A stretch of DNA of 64,000 nt from the human T2T-CHM13v2.0 reference genome, Homo sapiens: the NCBI RefSeq assembly GCF_009914755.1, contig NC_060930.1. One strand, written 5' to 3'. A model generated the notes under the pieces. It saw only the letters and a list, made by a program, of their open reading frames with translations. It had not been told where the DNA came from and searched no databases. Below are positions 13,276-28,573 of the stretch, piece by piece (positions within the stretch are counted from its first letter, which is position 1; every line of letters begins with the position of its first letter). The position numbers and the translations under genes are program-made.

Positions 13276-15169
13276 TTAAAGTTTGTTAAATAAAATGGAA
13301 AGAAGGCAAGAATCAAACACTGCTTTGAATTTCTTGAATAAATATTATAAAGAGAAATATTTTGCCTATGTTAGGTTGAAAGTGCTTTGAAAGGAGTTAA
13401 TGTAATGAAGATCTTATCAGAAAACAATACCTTTTGACTTATTCTTAGATACTTTAAAAGTGAACTTTAAATATTTTGAACATAATATAGTTTCTTTAAA
13501 AAGAACAGTATATGTTCTAACCTATGTATGTGTTGCTCCTACCAAGAATTATACATGATCAGCTTATTTTCTTATAAAATAATCTATAGTCCCTAAAGGA
13601 CATTCTCAGGTTTTGAAAAAATAATTGATTGCAGGTTTCTAAACAATTTGGTAACATTTTGCGACAATCGAACATGCATTTAACTACGTGAAGGGAAAGC
13701 AAAATCCAGCAGTTAGAGGGAGCTTCCTCATTTAGGTAAGCAGGCTCTCTGACACATGGCTTACCTCCACCCCATTCCACCATCAGAATCAGGTGTACAA
13801 TCAGGAAGGGAAAAACAGCATCCTTGCCCTTCCTCTGAAGCACACGCAAGGCAGGGGAGACCTTCAGAATATTTCTGTCTAAAGGAAACAATAACTACTT
13901 GAGACCTTGAGGAAACTTGAGGAAGCAGGAATTGAGCAAGGAACTTCCCACCACCATTCTAAATAACAAATAAAACCACAAACAATTCCTAATCTGCAAA
14001 ACCATCCTTCTCTATGGAGAGGGATCATATCTTTGACTATCTTTTAAAAATAAATAAATAATGATAGCAAAACCAACAAACCAACAAGCAACAACAACAA
14101 AAAAAACCGTTGGAAGGCAAAAGTCTGGTTATTTTAAAGTTTAGTATACATGATGGATACTTGGTGATTGTGGGTGTTCTGAATCACTGTGGGTGATTGT
14201 GGGTACAATTCATTGATTATCACATTGTACTTAGTCTACTAATTTATAGACATGTTTAAAATACTTTCTATATCATTTAAAGAAAATGATTGATTTGAAG
14301 CCCATGACACTTTTGTTAGTATTATCTATGCACCACTTCTAGCATTTTTACAATTTAACATTCTCAAAAGAAAAAATGCTTTGAAAAGAAGTTGTTGCTA
14401 TGATAATAGATATGAGGATAAAGATGCACAATATCACTTAAATATATATTTACTATATATTTATTTAAATTGGAAAAAATATTATGGTATTTCAGACAAT
14501 ATGACATATTCTCAGGTAAGAGTAAAAAGAGTGCTAAGTAGAATGAGTTATTTAAGTAGACGTCTCCTGAGGGAAGAAAAAATAATCAAGAATGAACTTT
14601 TTAAAATTTTATTATTGTTATACTTTAAGATTTCTATAATTCATACATCTGTAATATTCTTTATCTTGCTGTAAATAAATTATTCATTTACATAACAAAA
14701 AAATGAACATTTTTATATTTTCAAAGCAGTGATTCCTATAGTTCACATAAATGACATTTTTCATTCTTTGTTCAAAACTACCTTATGAGTTATTTCAATT
14801 GTTTGTTTGCAGAATAAAACACATAATTCAAATATTTTCATCAAAGGTGACATTGGGCCATCTCTTTTATGTAAATATTGTATTTTGTTTATTTTCAGCA
14901 CAATTTCCTTGGTATATACTTTCCCTGCCTTGCAGCTTGTTCAAATTTATTGTTGACAGAACATGAACTCATTATGACCTTCATGGCTTAAAATAACTTT
15001 CATTTGTCAGGTATGATCCTGCATTTGTACCTTAAATATCCTGGTCAAATTCTATACTTTTCCCGATTTAACCACTTGCTTTGATCTTGCACCAACGGGT
15101 GTACTTTTAGAGACACAGAGAATCACAAAGTATATTTACATGTATCCGGGACATAAATGTGCCTTCACA

Positions 15170-15360
15170 TAGTGAAGACAGCATAATGTTCAGGGTTCTG
15201 GACTGGGAGTCAGAAAGCCTAGGTTGATTCTTGGGACTTGCCACATGTTTAAGAGTCCTTGAGCAAGTCACCGAACACAGGTCTCTGGCCTCCTCTGCTT
15301 TCCTAATTTTGAAATAAACACTTTGAGCTAGATGAGCTCTAGGATCTCTTACATTATAAA
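15170..15360 (+). mobile_element. MIR-family SINE
   Basis: ctggactgggagtcagaaagcctagg...ccttgagcaagtcac...gctagatgagctctaggatc. Confidence 0.65.
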
Positions 15361-17049
15361 ATACAGAGACCTAGAGTGACCTGTTTCTACTTGGACAAAA
15401 TGTAATTTGTTTAGAGAACATGCTATGGCACTCTAAGGACTAATTTTAAGATGTTAGTAAATATTAGAAACAAAGCCTGTTGACTCTGACTGTGGCTCTT
15501 GATAAAATAAAGCAAAGAACAGATACAATTACAGCATCACAATCATTTAAATTACTATAACTCTTCTGTTAGAGATAGCCTCAGACTGACGGAGAAACAA
15601 CTCGTTTATTATAACAACAACAAAAAACACTCACGAGTAATATCATTTTTAAGCTGTTTGCTTTGTTTTGGCTTTATTTCATGAGGAGATTGAGAAGAAA
15701 ATAAAATTGGAGATGGATTGGGAATACAATGAAGTAAAGATATTTAAGAATAACACCCATGGCAATGTGAATTCCAGAGCAAAGATGAACTGAATAAATT
15801 TGGAAGAAATTATATAAAGTCCTCATGTGAGCTACATTACACAATGAGTTATCACGTGAGACTACAATAGCAATAAAATGCTTGAGATGATTATATCTTG
15901 TCTCTCCAGTTTAGTTAGAAGAGATATAAGCTTTATAATAAACTCACTTATTCACAAATATTCTAATAACACTGACATAGTAAAAAGATCATGCATGAAT
16001 GTCATCAGTTTTTGCTATAAGCAACAATAAAAAAAGCCAAGAACATTACTTTTCATCTCTCACTGCCACAAAAACACAGCGATTGCAAAAAACAATCCTG
16101 TGGGGTGCTTGTTAATAGACAATTTGTTTCATGCTTCAGAAGGGAATTCCTTTCCTTTATCAGAAACTCAGTTAAAATTATGCAATCATGCCACTTAAAA
16201 ACAAAATCCTGTACTAATTTCAAAATCCTTTTTGACCATATTCTGCTAGTAGTTAAACTTGCCACCACAATTTTAGCAATTTACTGTTAATTGTAAAATG
16301 GATTCCTGAAAGCAGTAAGGAAACATTTTTCTGGGTTGGAATATGATTTTTTCCCATCAGCCTTACCTAACTGGGGACCAGTTATTCCCCTGAACACACA
16401 CAAAAAAACAGCTTACATCTGTTTAGAAAGGAGTTAGGATAGCAGCCTTGGCTACATAAGTGAAACTCTTTTGTCTAAAAATCCCAGGAAATAGTAGGCA
16501 TTTGAACATGAAATTAACACAAGAAAAGAAGGTTACGTTTCTAAGGTTTGTGTAGTATTTAAAAATAAAGCTATGTTTGCATTAAGAGCACCCTTGCACT
16601 TAAAAACAACCAGTTTTAATTATTTGTATCACCTGCACATTTGTCCTGTAACTATGTTTAAAATTTGCCTCAGCAGTTAAATCTGGATGTTGAGGTAAAG
16701 GTATAGTTCCAAGAGTAGAAATCATTATTGTTCATTCCTATGGGATCGTTGCTTCTTTGGGTGTCAACAAAATTAACCAGAAAATGTTTAAAGTTAGCAC
16801 ACTTTTTATATGGGAAGGAATTTGGAGACCAAGAAAAGCTTGTTGCCATTTGTTCCCAGTGTTGTCTCCTAGAATCAATAGACTTTGGAATCTCCTATTC
16901 CAAATTCAAGACCATCTCAAACATCAGAAACCTCTAAGTGGCAATCAAAGAGCTATAATTATCTTTCACATGAAATATATCACAGTTCATCAGGTCATTT
17001 GTCTAAGTAATAGAGATTGATAATATTTATTAATTATTGTGTATTTTTA

Positions 17050-17275
17050 AAATAGTACATTAAAAGTGAGCATTTTAATCAGATTTATTGGATTCAAATC
17101 TCAGTACTACTCAATTGACCTTGGGTCAATGCTTAACCTCTGTAGTTCTTCGCTTACTTATCCACTAAAGGAGTCCAAATAATTATTTATAGGTTATTTG
17201 TTAACATTAAATGAAACTCTGCATGTAAGCAGCTTGGTACACTATGTAGCACATATCAAATACCTGATCACTACT
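17050..17275 (+). mobile_element. MIR SINE
   Basis: ggattcaaatctcagtactact...tgaccttgggtcaatgcttaacctctg...attaaatga. Confidence 0.7.
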
Positions 17276-17994
17276 AAATTATAAACACTGTCCTAGATTA
17301 CAAGTCTGGATGACCAGTTATTTTCTTAAGGATGCTTTACCAATACTATACAAAGCTATATCCTCATTGTTGCTCACAAACTATGACTGCCCAACCATTA
17401 CTACTGCTTTAGAGAGAATATTCACTTACTACAAATATTAATAACACTGCTTTTTTTAAACATACTTCCTATGCTCTAAAAGAGCGGTATTTTAAATTAG
17501 GCATAGACTATTGCACATGTTCAAAAAATGAGGTTAAAAGAAAGATTATCAAAGCAGAAGTGTAGGGGAAAAAATTGTTTTATAAATATATGAAAATTTT
17601 TAAATCCTTTGAAATTTTAATTTTGTAATCCAATCTATGCTCTATTTGACAATGGTAAATTTTGAATTCAGAGTAAGTGATTTACATTTACAAAAGTTAT
17701 TTCATATTTTTATGAGGTTGATTCTTAATATATAAATTCCTTAAATTACATATGGAAGATTATAGTAGTCTCTTCTTTTTTGCATTTTCTGAAAGTAAAA
17801 CTAATAATATGTGAGATCTTTTCCACTTTATTTTGAAATTTGAAATACATCAATAATTGTAACTTATTTGAAATTTACGTTTCACATTTTGATTTTGGTT
17901 ATAATTAATATATTTCCATTTTGTACATCATCTTATTAAGAATTTAAAAATCCCTATTTCGCTTAACATAATGGTCACTTGAATGATAATGTAA

Positions 17995-18250
17995 GTTGAC
18001 GGCCATTATGTTAAGTGAAATAAGCCAAGCACAGAAACACAAATATCACATGTTCTCACTCATATATGAGAGGTAAAAAGTGGATCTTCTGAAGATAAAG
18101 AGTAGAATGGTGGGAAGGCTGGGAAAGGTAGAGAGGATGGGGAGATGAAAGGGAAAAAAATAATATAACTGTATTTATTACTACTGATCTGTACACTTAA
18201 AAATGGTAAAGATGGTAATTTTTATATGCATATTTTACCCAATAAAAATG
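17995..18250 (+). mobile_element. L1M (L1MA-like) 3' end
   Basis: cattatgttaagtgaaataagccaagcacagaaacacaaatatcacatgttctcactcatat...ctgtacacttaaaaatggt...aataaaa. Confidence 0.8.
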
Positions 18251-19329
18251 AATTCACAGAACTGTAAAAAAAATACATATATATGCAATTGAAAGAAAAA
18301 AATGCCTATATTTTGTTCTTCCTTATATTAATAATTTAACAAATTTTGCAACATTTAGTAGCTTTTTTCTATGACATCTATTAATTTAATTTCCATCTTT
18401 TAATTCTTTATAGATCTTTTGAACCACATAATCTTATCAGATTTTAAAATTCTCACAAAACTGCTTGCAATTTTCTCCCAGAAAGTATTAATTTAATACA
18501 ATTTTAAAATTAGGACTTCTCAATAAATTATGAAATTATTCATGCCATATGCCCCGTTGATTGACTTAGGAAAGGTACATGTTTTTAAAATTGTCCAGTA
18601 TCAATGATTTTCATTCATCCAAGGGCAGAGGGAGGCAACCTTAGACCTTGAGTCTTATTTGCTCCTAGGAGGAGAAATAAAGAGTTCTTTAAACATAAAA
18701 GAATAAAACTAAGACTATTTCAAGGGAAGAATGCTACAGATTTTCCATCCTAGTGCTAAAGCTAGAAATAGAGCACAATAATAGTCCGTGTCCTGCTTTG
18801 TATTTTATAAGATATTTTCATTTTTATTGGTAAATCTCTTGAACTGTGACTTAGTTCCTCTAAATTAACATAATGATTTTACCTATATATTTTAAAAATT
18901 AGTAAAAGAATTATAGGTCTAAATGGCATATAGATGCTTTCAGTAACTTTTATTTATTACAATAAATCTTATACCTGGTGCTTGACATCACTCTAACACA
19001 GCCTGAAAAATAAAACACGGTCATTGCAATATATATTTTTAAGGTAGTAATAAAAATATAATAAAATGTTGAATCTGCAAAAGTTTTATTTAAATAATAA
19101 TGTCAGTTCATGAAACATTTTCTTAAAATTATTTTTCCTTGATCCCTGGCATCACTCTTTTATTAATTTAGTCTCAGAGGAATTCGGGCTGCAGTTCTTA
19201 GCCTTAGTATGTATCTAGCTTGAGGTTTGTTTCTAAGGGGACACCTTCTGACTTCAGAGCATTTCACTAGCTAGCTGAAAATGGAGAGCAGGAAAATTAG
19301 GCTAAAAATAAAAAACAAAAAGGATGAAT

Positions 19330-21040
<1,711 letters not shown>

Positions 21041-21049
21041 AAAATTATA

Positions 21050-21162
21050 TATTAGAAAGAAGAGAAGGCATTTCCACCATGAAACATGATGCCATAAATA
21101 AAGGAATATGTATGAAAAAGAGGGTAGAAAGGAGGGTAGGTGCTCTTGGATATTAAAAGTGT

Positions 21163-21202
<40 letters not shown>

Positions 21203-21470
21203 AATGAAGGTTTAGGTGATAATGATGAAAAAATCTTTCAGAATGTAGACCAAAAGGCAACAAGATGAAAAATTAGATGGTTAGTCTACTAAGGGTACAC
21301 CCAAATAAAAGAAGTTCCAGAAAGAGAGAACAAAAGAAACAGAGGGGGAAAAATTACCAAGCTACTTCTTTGGTAATTAAAAAAAAAAAATCCCAGAATT
21401 GGATGACATATTTCAAGACAGTAACAGGCCAGCAGAGTGCCCAGCACCAATTAACTACAGAACTCAAGTG
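21050..21470 (+). mobile_element. Ancient L1M (L1ME-like) ORF1-region fragment
   Basis: gaagttccagaaagagagaac...tcccagaatt...gagtgcccagcac resembles decayed L1M ORF1. Confidence 0.5.
21165..21200. repeat. (TA)n microsatellite
   Basis: Uninterrupted TA run, about 18 units. Confidence 0.95.
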
Positions 21471-23107
21471 ACAAATACTCAGATGTCCCCTATATTTATT
21501 TGTGTATTCAAATCAATAAATCCTAATCACTTCACTATCTTTTGATCCAAAACTACCAACAAGGAAATTTGAATGAATGTTAAAATTTTTTGTCCACTTC
21601 CATGAAGGAAAAGCATGCTTCAGTGTGTAGACAGTCTAGCCCTGTTTTGAACTAGCACTAAATCAATTGGATATTTAATTAAAACAGTGTTTGGCAAGGT
21701 AACCCACAATAGAAAAGCATTGTACAACATAACCAATAAGCAAATAAATATATATTTATCTAAATGAAACCAAATTTCACAATATAATATTTACCCTTAC
21801 TCCATGCAAAGCACTCTGGTCTACCCTATCCAATTTAAATGAAATAAACACTGCTCTTGAGGCTCTTAAATGGATTTCACAATGTTCTTAGATCATTAGT
21901 TTAAGAAATACTGCCTTTTTAGACTAAATATATAATGAAACTTACTTGTAAGTTCCTTTATACTGAGTTTTTTTTATTGTAGTGAAATTATGGCAATATT
22001 ATAATTTATTACAGCTCAAGGAGTTTTGAGAATGTTGAAAAAGTTTGAAAAGTATTCTTAGAAATAAGATAATTTTTTCCCATTTTTAACTATGTGCTAT
22101 AAGTAGCTGAGGTTGTGTGCAAGATTTCCAATTTACTACCTTCTTGACCTTAGAAGTGATCTTCAGGAACATTATCAGTTTTTACAGTAATGTTGTGATT
22201 CTGATTTACTGTTAAAGTGGTCATTAGGCCTACCACCTGCTTTTGCAGATGTAGCTGAATCAATAGTGTTCACAGTCTGAAGATTACTAAAGAGCAAATT
22301 CTATTTACTTTTTTATGGAACTTAATGACCTTTACTAAACACATTGTATTTCCCAGTTACCAACATCTTAAACTTTACAGCTTCATAGATCGCTTACCAA
22401 AAGGATGAGATCAAGTAAGATTAGAAGATTCTCTAATATACATCAAAATTTATCCATAAAACTTAAAACAGTATTTTTTTCTCTTTCTCAACTAATAAGA
22501 ATACTATTGTTCTGATACTTTCTTTGTTCATGTTTCTGATACATCTGTACTTGTTGTTGGCTTTCTTTCATGCACCCCTAGGAATAATATTTTTTTAGGA
22601 CATTATTGCAGCAACACAGTGAATAATTTTATCTTAGTGAAATTCTAGTAGTAGTTTAAGAAGCACTGGTCCTCTTTAAATCTGATTAAATAAAAACTAT
22701 AATAACTACAAGCAGTAAATAGCCAGAATAGAAAAGAGCAATATTAGAAATGCTAATAATCTGAAGACACAATCTAAATGAAACACAGGATAAGATAAAC
22801 GTTTATCCAATTAACTCCTCAGAACCCCAAGAGTTTTGTTTCCTGTCTACCTTTTCCTTTCCTTCAGTTCTTAGTTTTATGTGGTCATTGTGTATATCTG
22901 CTTTTGTGTTTCCATTTTCCCTATTGTTTATCTTTCACCATAAATTTGTCCTTGTTCCTTTAGTTTAAAAATAAAAGAAATTTTATCTTTTATGTTTCTT
23001 AAAGGAAAAAGAGCAATTTTAGTTACCTTTAGATTATGGCCCTCAATTCACCATTTCATGAGTCACTTGTCCCAAATAGGCAAAATCTTCTTGACTCACA
23101 CTCTATA

Positions 23108-23270
23108 CCTGCACTGTCAAATACAGTGGCCACTAGCCACGTGTGGTTATTTAAATTTAAGCTTAAATTAATTAAGCTAAAAAATTAAGTTCCTCAGTTG
23201 CACTAGCCACATTAAATGTGCTCAAACACCACTTTTGTCTACTGGCTATTGTACTGGACAGAACAGAATG
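23108..23270. mobile_element. MER3 (hAT-Charlie MITE)
   Basis: ctgcactgtcaaatacagtggccactagccacgtgtggttattt...agttcctcagttgcactagccacatt...ctggacag. Confidence 0.85.
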
Positions 23271-23373
23271 TTGCTTAGCATGGAATGTTGCTAAGACTGC
23301 TGAAGAATCCTGCTAGTCAGCCTGGTTCCACATTTGCAGCTTATCAAAAGGGACAAGGAATTAATGTGGGTAT

Positions 23374-23721
23374 TCTATTAGTCTGTTTTCATGCTGCTGA
23401 TGAGACATACCCAAGACTGGGCAATTTACAAATGAAAGAAGTTTATTGGACTCACAGTTCCACATGGCTGGGGAGGCCTCAAAATCATAGCAGAAGGCAA
23501 GGAGGAGCAAGTCACGTCTTACATGGATGGCAGCAGGCAAAGAGAGCTTGTGCAGTAAAACTTGCCCTTATAACAACCATTAGATCTCATGAGACTTATT
23601 ATCATGAGAACAGCATGGGAAAGACCTGCCCCCATGACTCAATTACCTTTCATTAGGTCTCTCCCACAATATGTGGGAATTCAAGATGAGATTTTGTTGG
23701 GGACACAGCCAAACCATATTA
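23374..23721 (-). mobile_element. THE1A/B solo LTR
   Basis: tctattagtctgttttcatgctgctgat...acatggatggcagcaggcaaagagagcttgtgcag...gccaaaccatatta; near-TSD ggtat/gctat. Confidence 0.92.
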
Positions 23722-24184
23722 GCTATCTCCTCTAGCTGACAGCTTTAAGCACAAGTTAAAGGTAAGGGATCCCTCTCAAAAAATAATTTCATAATTTCTG
23801 CAGACAGGAGCAAATTCCTGAAAAGTGAAAAACAGAAAGCAAAAGCAAAATAAGCCTTCTTAAATGGACTGCAAACAGTTTAAATAATTTTTTAATTAAA
23901 TATATTGAATCAACTCATGGCATTGCCCATGGAAACACAGGTTTGGAACAAAGCTCTGCACGACATTTGTATCACCAGTGACAGGGAGTTATGAGGGAGA
24001 TAAGAGAAAAGGGCAATAATGACCTATTGCAACAGGAACATCACAGATGTATGGTTATCTTTTGACGTTCCCCCTATAATACATGTTAAAAGAATTGGTT
24101 TTTGCCTTCTAAAGAATTTGAGCCTCATATGCCACCTTGTCCCATATTTAAAAAAGTAATCTCACCACATAAAAAAGATCTGGG

Positions 24185-24491
24185 GGCTGGGGATGGTAGC
24201 TCATGCTTGTAATCCCAGCACTTTGGGAGGCCGAGGAAGGCAGATTGCCTGAGATCAGGAGTTCGAGACTAGTCTGGCCAACACGGTGAAACTCCTTCTC
24301 TACTAAAATACAAAAACTTAGCCAGGCGTGGCAGTGTGTGCCTGTATTCCCAGCTACTCGGGAGGCTGAGGCAGGAGAATTGCTTGAACGGGAGGCAGAG
24401 GTTGCAGTGAGCCAAGATCATGCCACTGCACTCCAGCCTGGATGACAGAGCAAGACTCTGTCTCGAAAATAAATTAATTAATTAAATAAAT
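24185..24491 (+). mobile_element. AluS
   Basis: Full Alu; 14-bp TSD aaaaaagat(c/t)tggg at 24171-24184 and 24492-24505. Confidence 0.95.
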
Positions 24492-24519
24492 AAAAAAGAT
24501 TTGGGGATATTCATTAGTT

Positions 24520-24800
24520 ATATTCTATTCAATGCAAACATATTAAATACCTCCTACGAGTAATACTGTCTGCAAAGAATACAAAGGTGCATACAAAATC
24601 CCTTTGCTGAGGAAGCTTATGGTCCAAGAGGAGTGGCCTGAGCTTAAATAAGTATAAAGGCAAGTGTACCAGTAGAAACACATGTAAACACGCAAAATTA
24701 GTATGCAGAGTCAGAAAACAGAAAATCATTTCCAAATTTGGGAGCAGAAGGGAGTGGCTGGAATTGCTTTATGAGGGTCTGAAGTAAGCCTTGAAGATGG
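24520..24800 (-). mobile_element. L2 fragment
   Basis: attcaatgcaaacatattaaatacctcctacg...gaggaagcttatggtcc resembles an antisense L2 3' end. Confidence 0.5.
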
Positions 24801-24827
24801 TGTAGCATCTTCAAGTGTGACATCATG

Positions 24828-25045
24828 CAGCACTTTACAGTTTATAAAGGGCTTTCATATGCATGGTCTCATTAAATAAATCTTTACAAAAACCATGTGC
24901 AGTAGACTTTACTATCTCTATCTTATAAGTGGTATAACTATGACTCAGAGTTATGTCACTTGCCCCAAATCACAGGATAACTAGCAAAAGTTACATTAAA
25001 AAGCCAAAGGTTTCCAGTTGCCAAATGCTCTCATCTTCCCTCTAT
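24828..25045 (-). mobile_element. MIR SINE
   Basis: agcactttacagtttataaagggctttcatat...gactcagag...acttgccccaaatcacag. Confidence 0.7.
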
Positions 25046-25647
25046 AGCGGTGGTTCTCCTATCCTTTACACCGTTAAAAACTATTGAGGATCCAAAACAA
25101 CTTGTGTTTATGTGGGCTATCTCTCTCAAGGTTTATTATAAAACAAAATTTTTAAATGATATTATTTATTAATTCATTTAAAATAATAAACACATGCTAA
25201 CAGATACTTTTTTTTTACAATTACATTTGTCTGAAAAACTAATTACTGGAAAGAGTGACATTGGTTTACATATTTGCCAACTTTAATGTCTGGCTTAACA
25301 GAAGACAGCTGGATTCTCAGATCAGCTTCTCCTAAATCTGTTGAAATACATTATTTAGGGTAAAGTATATAAAGAAAATCCAGCCTCACATAAACATGTA
25401 GATGGATAGGAGAGAAGAAATTCAATAGCCTTTTCAGGTAACTGTAGATATTAATATTTGATATCTACAAAAGCTCAACCAAGGGTAGTTAGCTCCAATG
25501 GAAGGTAAATAACTGTATCAGTGCATTTTTTTGTACTGCGTTGGTTTCAAATCTATTGGTCTATATTGCACATTGAAGGACTCCTTTACTCATGAATGAT
25601 TTTGTACCATCAACTATTGTTTACGTGGAAAATATTGTTTCACTGAG

Positions 25648-26054
25648 TGATACAGTTCGGATATTCCTCCTTCCAAATCTCATCTTGAAATGTAGGTGGG
25701 GCCTGGTGGGAGATATTGGATCATGGGGGAAGTTCCCCCATGAATCACTTAGTGCCACACCCTTGATGGTGAGTGAGTTCTCCCTCAGTTAGTTCGGGTG
25801 AGATCTGATTGTTTGAAAGAACTTGGGACCTCCCCTTTCTCTCTCTTGCTCCTGCTGTTACCATGTGACCACCTGCTCTTCCTTTGCCTTCTGCCATGAT
25901 TGTAAGCTTCCTGAGGCCTCACCAAAAGCTGAGCAGATGCCCATGCCATGCTTCTTGTACAGCCACAGAACTGTGAACCAATTAAACTTCATTCCTTTAT
26001 AAATTACCCAGCCTCAGGTATTTCTTTATAGCAATGTAAGAATAGACAAATAAA
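25648..26054 (+). mobile_element. MSTA/MSTB solo LTR within Charlie1a
   Basis: tgatacagttcggatatt...gtaagcttcctgaggcctcacc...aaattacccagcctcaggtatttctttatagca. Confidence 0.88.
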
Positions 26055-26569
26055 CTGTTATGCCACTTCTAAATGTGGATACATTACATTACATAAGATT
26101 TTAAAATTCACATCTATTAAGATCACTGAAGTCTTTTATGTATCTTCAAGCTACAATGATAGATACAAGTTTTCCAAAATTCAAGTTTTCACTTGAAAGC
26201 TGAAATTTTATCATTGGAAAAAATTTTGTCAGTTGTTTTTCTTGAAGTGGCATGCTCACTTTATTCACTTTCAAGAAAATGTCTGCCAAATAAGTATGAA
26301 CACTATAATTTGTCTGTTAGTTGTTCTTTAAAGTAAAAATAGTTTTCCAACAAAAAAAGTGGTCAGTTAAGCTTGCAACTCAAACAATCACACAAATTCT
26401 TTTCCTCCAGATTACCATTGACCATCCTACTTCAGTATGCAGCAAGTGTTTTATGCATATTTCTCATTTTAGGACACACAATATTAAAGAGATGGGTGAT
26501 CAACAGTAAAAATCTAGCAAAAATAATACATTTTACTTTTTCATCAAGAGTAATTTTCGATGAAATTGG

Positions 26570-26655
26570 CATACACACAGACATGTATATGTATGTGTGT
26601 ATATGTATGTGTGTAGATATGTGTGTCTATATGCATATATCTATATATTTATATA
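26570..26655. repeat. Degenerate (TATG)/(TG)/(TA) simple repeat
   Basis: Visible directly inside Charlie1a. Confidence 0.75.
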
Positions 26656-27081
26656 AACTGCAAATACATGACAGTAAGTAATACAATGACTACTAGTGTA
26701 ATTTGGTGTCACTGCCTCAATTCATGTTGAGGTGCCAACAATTTTATCACTATTTTTTTTTGTACCATCAGTGCAAATGTCAGCATAGTCAAAAAGGCAA
26801 ATAACAACTCTAGTGTTATTCTAAAAACAGAATTGACCTTGCAGAATAGCTCTCAGGGACCTACAAGTGTTCAGGTACCTCGCTTTGAAGACTGTTTCAC
26901 TGTAAACACTTCTTGCTTCTCCTGCTCAATTCCTCATGTTGGTTGCTAAATGAGAAAAAAATAGTCACTAAATGATATATTACTGAAAACACCATTTAGT
27001 GTATTAGAAATCACCAATCAGAAGGTAAATAAGTTCATCAAGTAATTTATTTATAATAAAAATCAAGTTTGCCCAAGTCAC

Positions 27082-27469
27082 TGTTATAGGCTGAATGTTG
27101 TGTGTCACCCAAAATTCACATATGGAAATTCCAACTCCTCCCTGCCCTCAGTGTAGCTGCATTTTTAGATGGGGCCTTTAAGGATGTTTAAGGTTAAACG
27201 AGGTCACAAGGGTAGGGTATTGATCCAATAGTACTAATGTCTTCATAAGAAGAGATTCCAGAGTGCTCACTCTTGCTGTCTCTGCCATCTGAGCACACAG
27301 CAAGAAGGCAGCCGTCTACATGCCAGGAAGAGAGCCCTTAACAGGAACTGATCCTGCCAGACCTTTACCTGCAGCTTCCAGCCAAAAGAACTGTGAGAAA
27401 ATAGATTTCTGCTCTTTAAGTCACCCTGTCTATGGTATTTTATTATGGCAGCCTGAACAGATTAATACA
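27082..27469 (+). mobile_element. MLT1A-family solo LTR
   Basis: tgttataggctgaatg...gagcacacagcaagaaggcagccgtcta...ttatggcagcctgaacagattaataca. Confidence 0.88.
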
Positions 27470-28573
27470 CCCACTTACATTATAACTCACGAAAATGCAG
27501 TCCAAGCTCTAGAGTTTTACATTAAAATAATAGAACTGAGGACTTGCATGTGAAATGGTTGTTTTTCAAAAAGCTAAATTTCAAATGTCTAATGTAGGGA
27601 GATGTTATACTAAATTTACATGTTGGTTCAGCTCTAATGTGAGGAAGTTAGATTAGATTATTTCTTTCCTTAATGCCCCATACATTGCGAGAGCAAGAGC
27701 ATATTAGCTTGAAGAGTCTGGATATATTTTCCAAAATCAATACTTGTTCTTTAGCAGTGACAGAGTAGCAGACAATTGCATAATGAAGCTGTCTGTCTTT
27801 ATTTACACAATGTATTTTTGTATTCACTAGGCCAGAAAGAATAGTTCTGTGTAGCAGCTGTCATTGTATTTTTTGCTTATCTCAGTCCTGTCTGCCAGTG
27901 TTATAATTCACCAGCTGACACCCGCCTTGGCAGAAACCAAGGGCCATGATTTCATGCCAAAGCAACAACAGGGCTCTGAACTCTGACACAATTCATCTTA
28001 GTTCTAGTTAGTAAAGGGGGATTCTTTGAGTTTTCTCTGCCTTCTGTTGAAGCATTTCTGTGTTGGGAGGGGAGAGGGTGAGGAGGAGATAGAGGGGGTG
28101 GTGGTGCAATGGAAAAGAACACTGGGAAACAGTTATGGCTCTGTCTGGTGCTGTGGAAGAGGGTCACAGGAAGACAGGGTCAGTTGTGAGGGATAAAGAC
28201 TGGACACCCAGATAATGAAATTCCTGCTTGTTTGATTTTTCAGAGTTGGAAGGATATGAGAGCACATTTGGTATCCAAAAATACACTTCTGTTCAACTCA
28301 CACTATTTGGAGGTTCAAAGTGTAATTTCTGGCGCTTTCTGATTTAGGAAGCTTAGACTCAAGCATGAAGGCAGTTGATTGTAGTCATCAAAAAGCCCTG
28401 TTTTGGTTGTGAATGCTAAATAAAATAGAAAACACACTTGCTCAAGTTAATTTCTACCTATTAATGTTCATGGTTCATACAGGTCTTATTCTGCAGATAG
28501 AGTAATGGCAGGCTTTACAATGTAGGCAATGTTAAACCTGAAAGAAGTTGTGGCCAGATAATCATAATTTTCT

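Larger units (their letters stand above)
25046..26894 (-). mobile_element. Charlie1a hAT DNA transposon, interrupted by an MST LTR and a simple repeat
   Basis: Ends gcggtggttctc... and ...ctttgaagactg; internal ttaatgtctggcttaacagaagacagctggattctc and gatacaagttttccaaaattc...gaaaatgtctgccaaata match Charlie1. Confidence 0.88.

Noticed and set aside
17114-17130. Palindrome attgacc-ttg-ggtcaat resembling a nuclear-receptor element
   Set aside because: The half-sites are everted rather than ERE-oriented, and it derives from the ordinary MIR core tgaccttgg.
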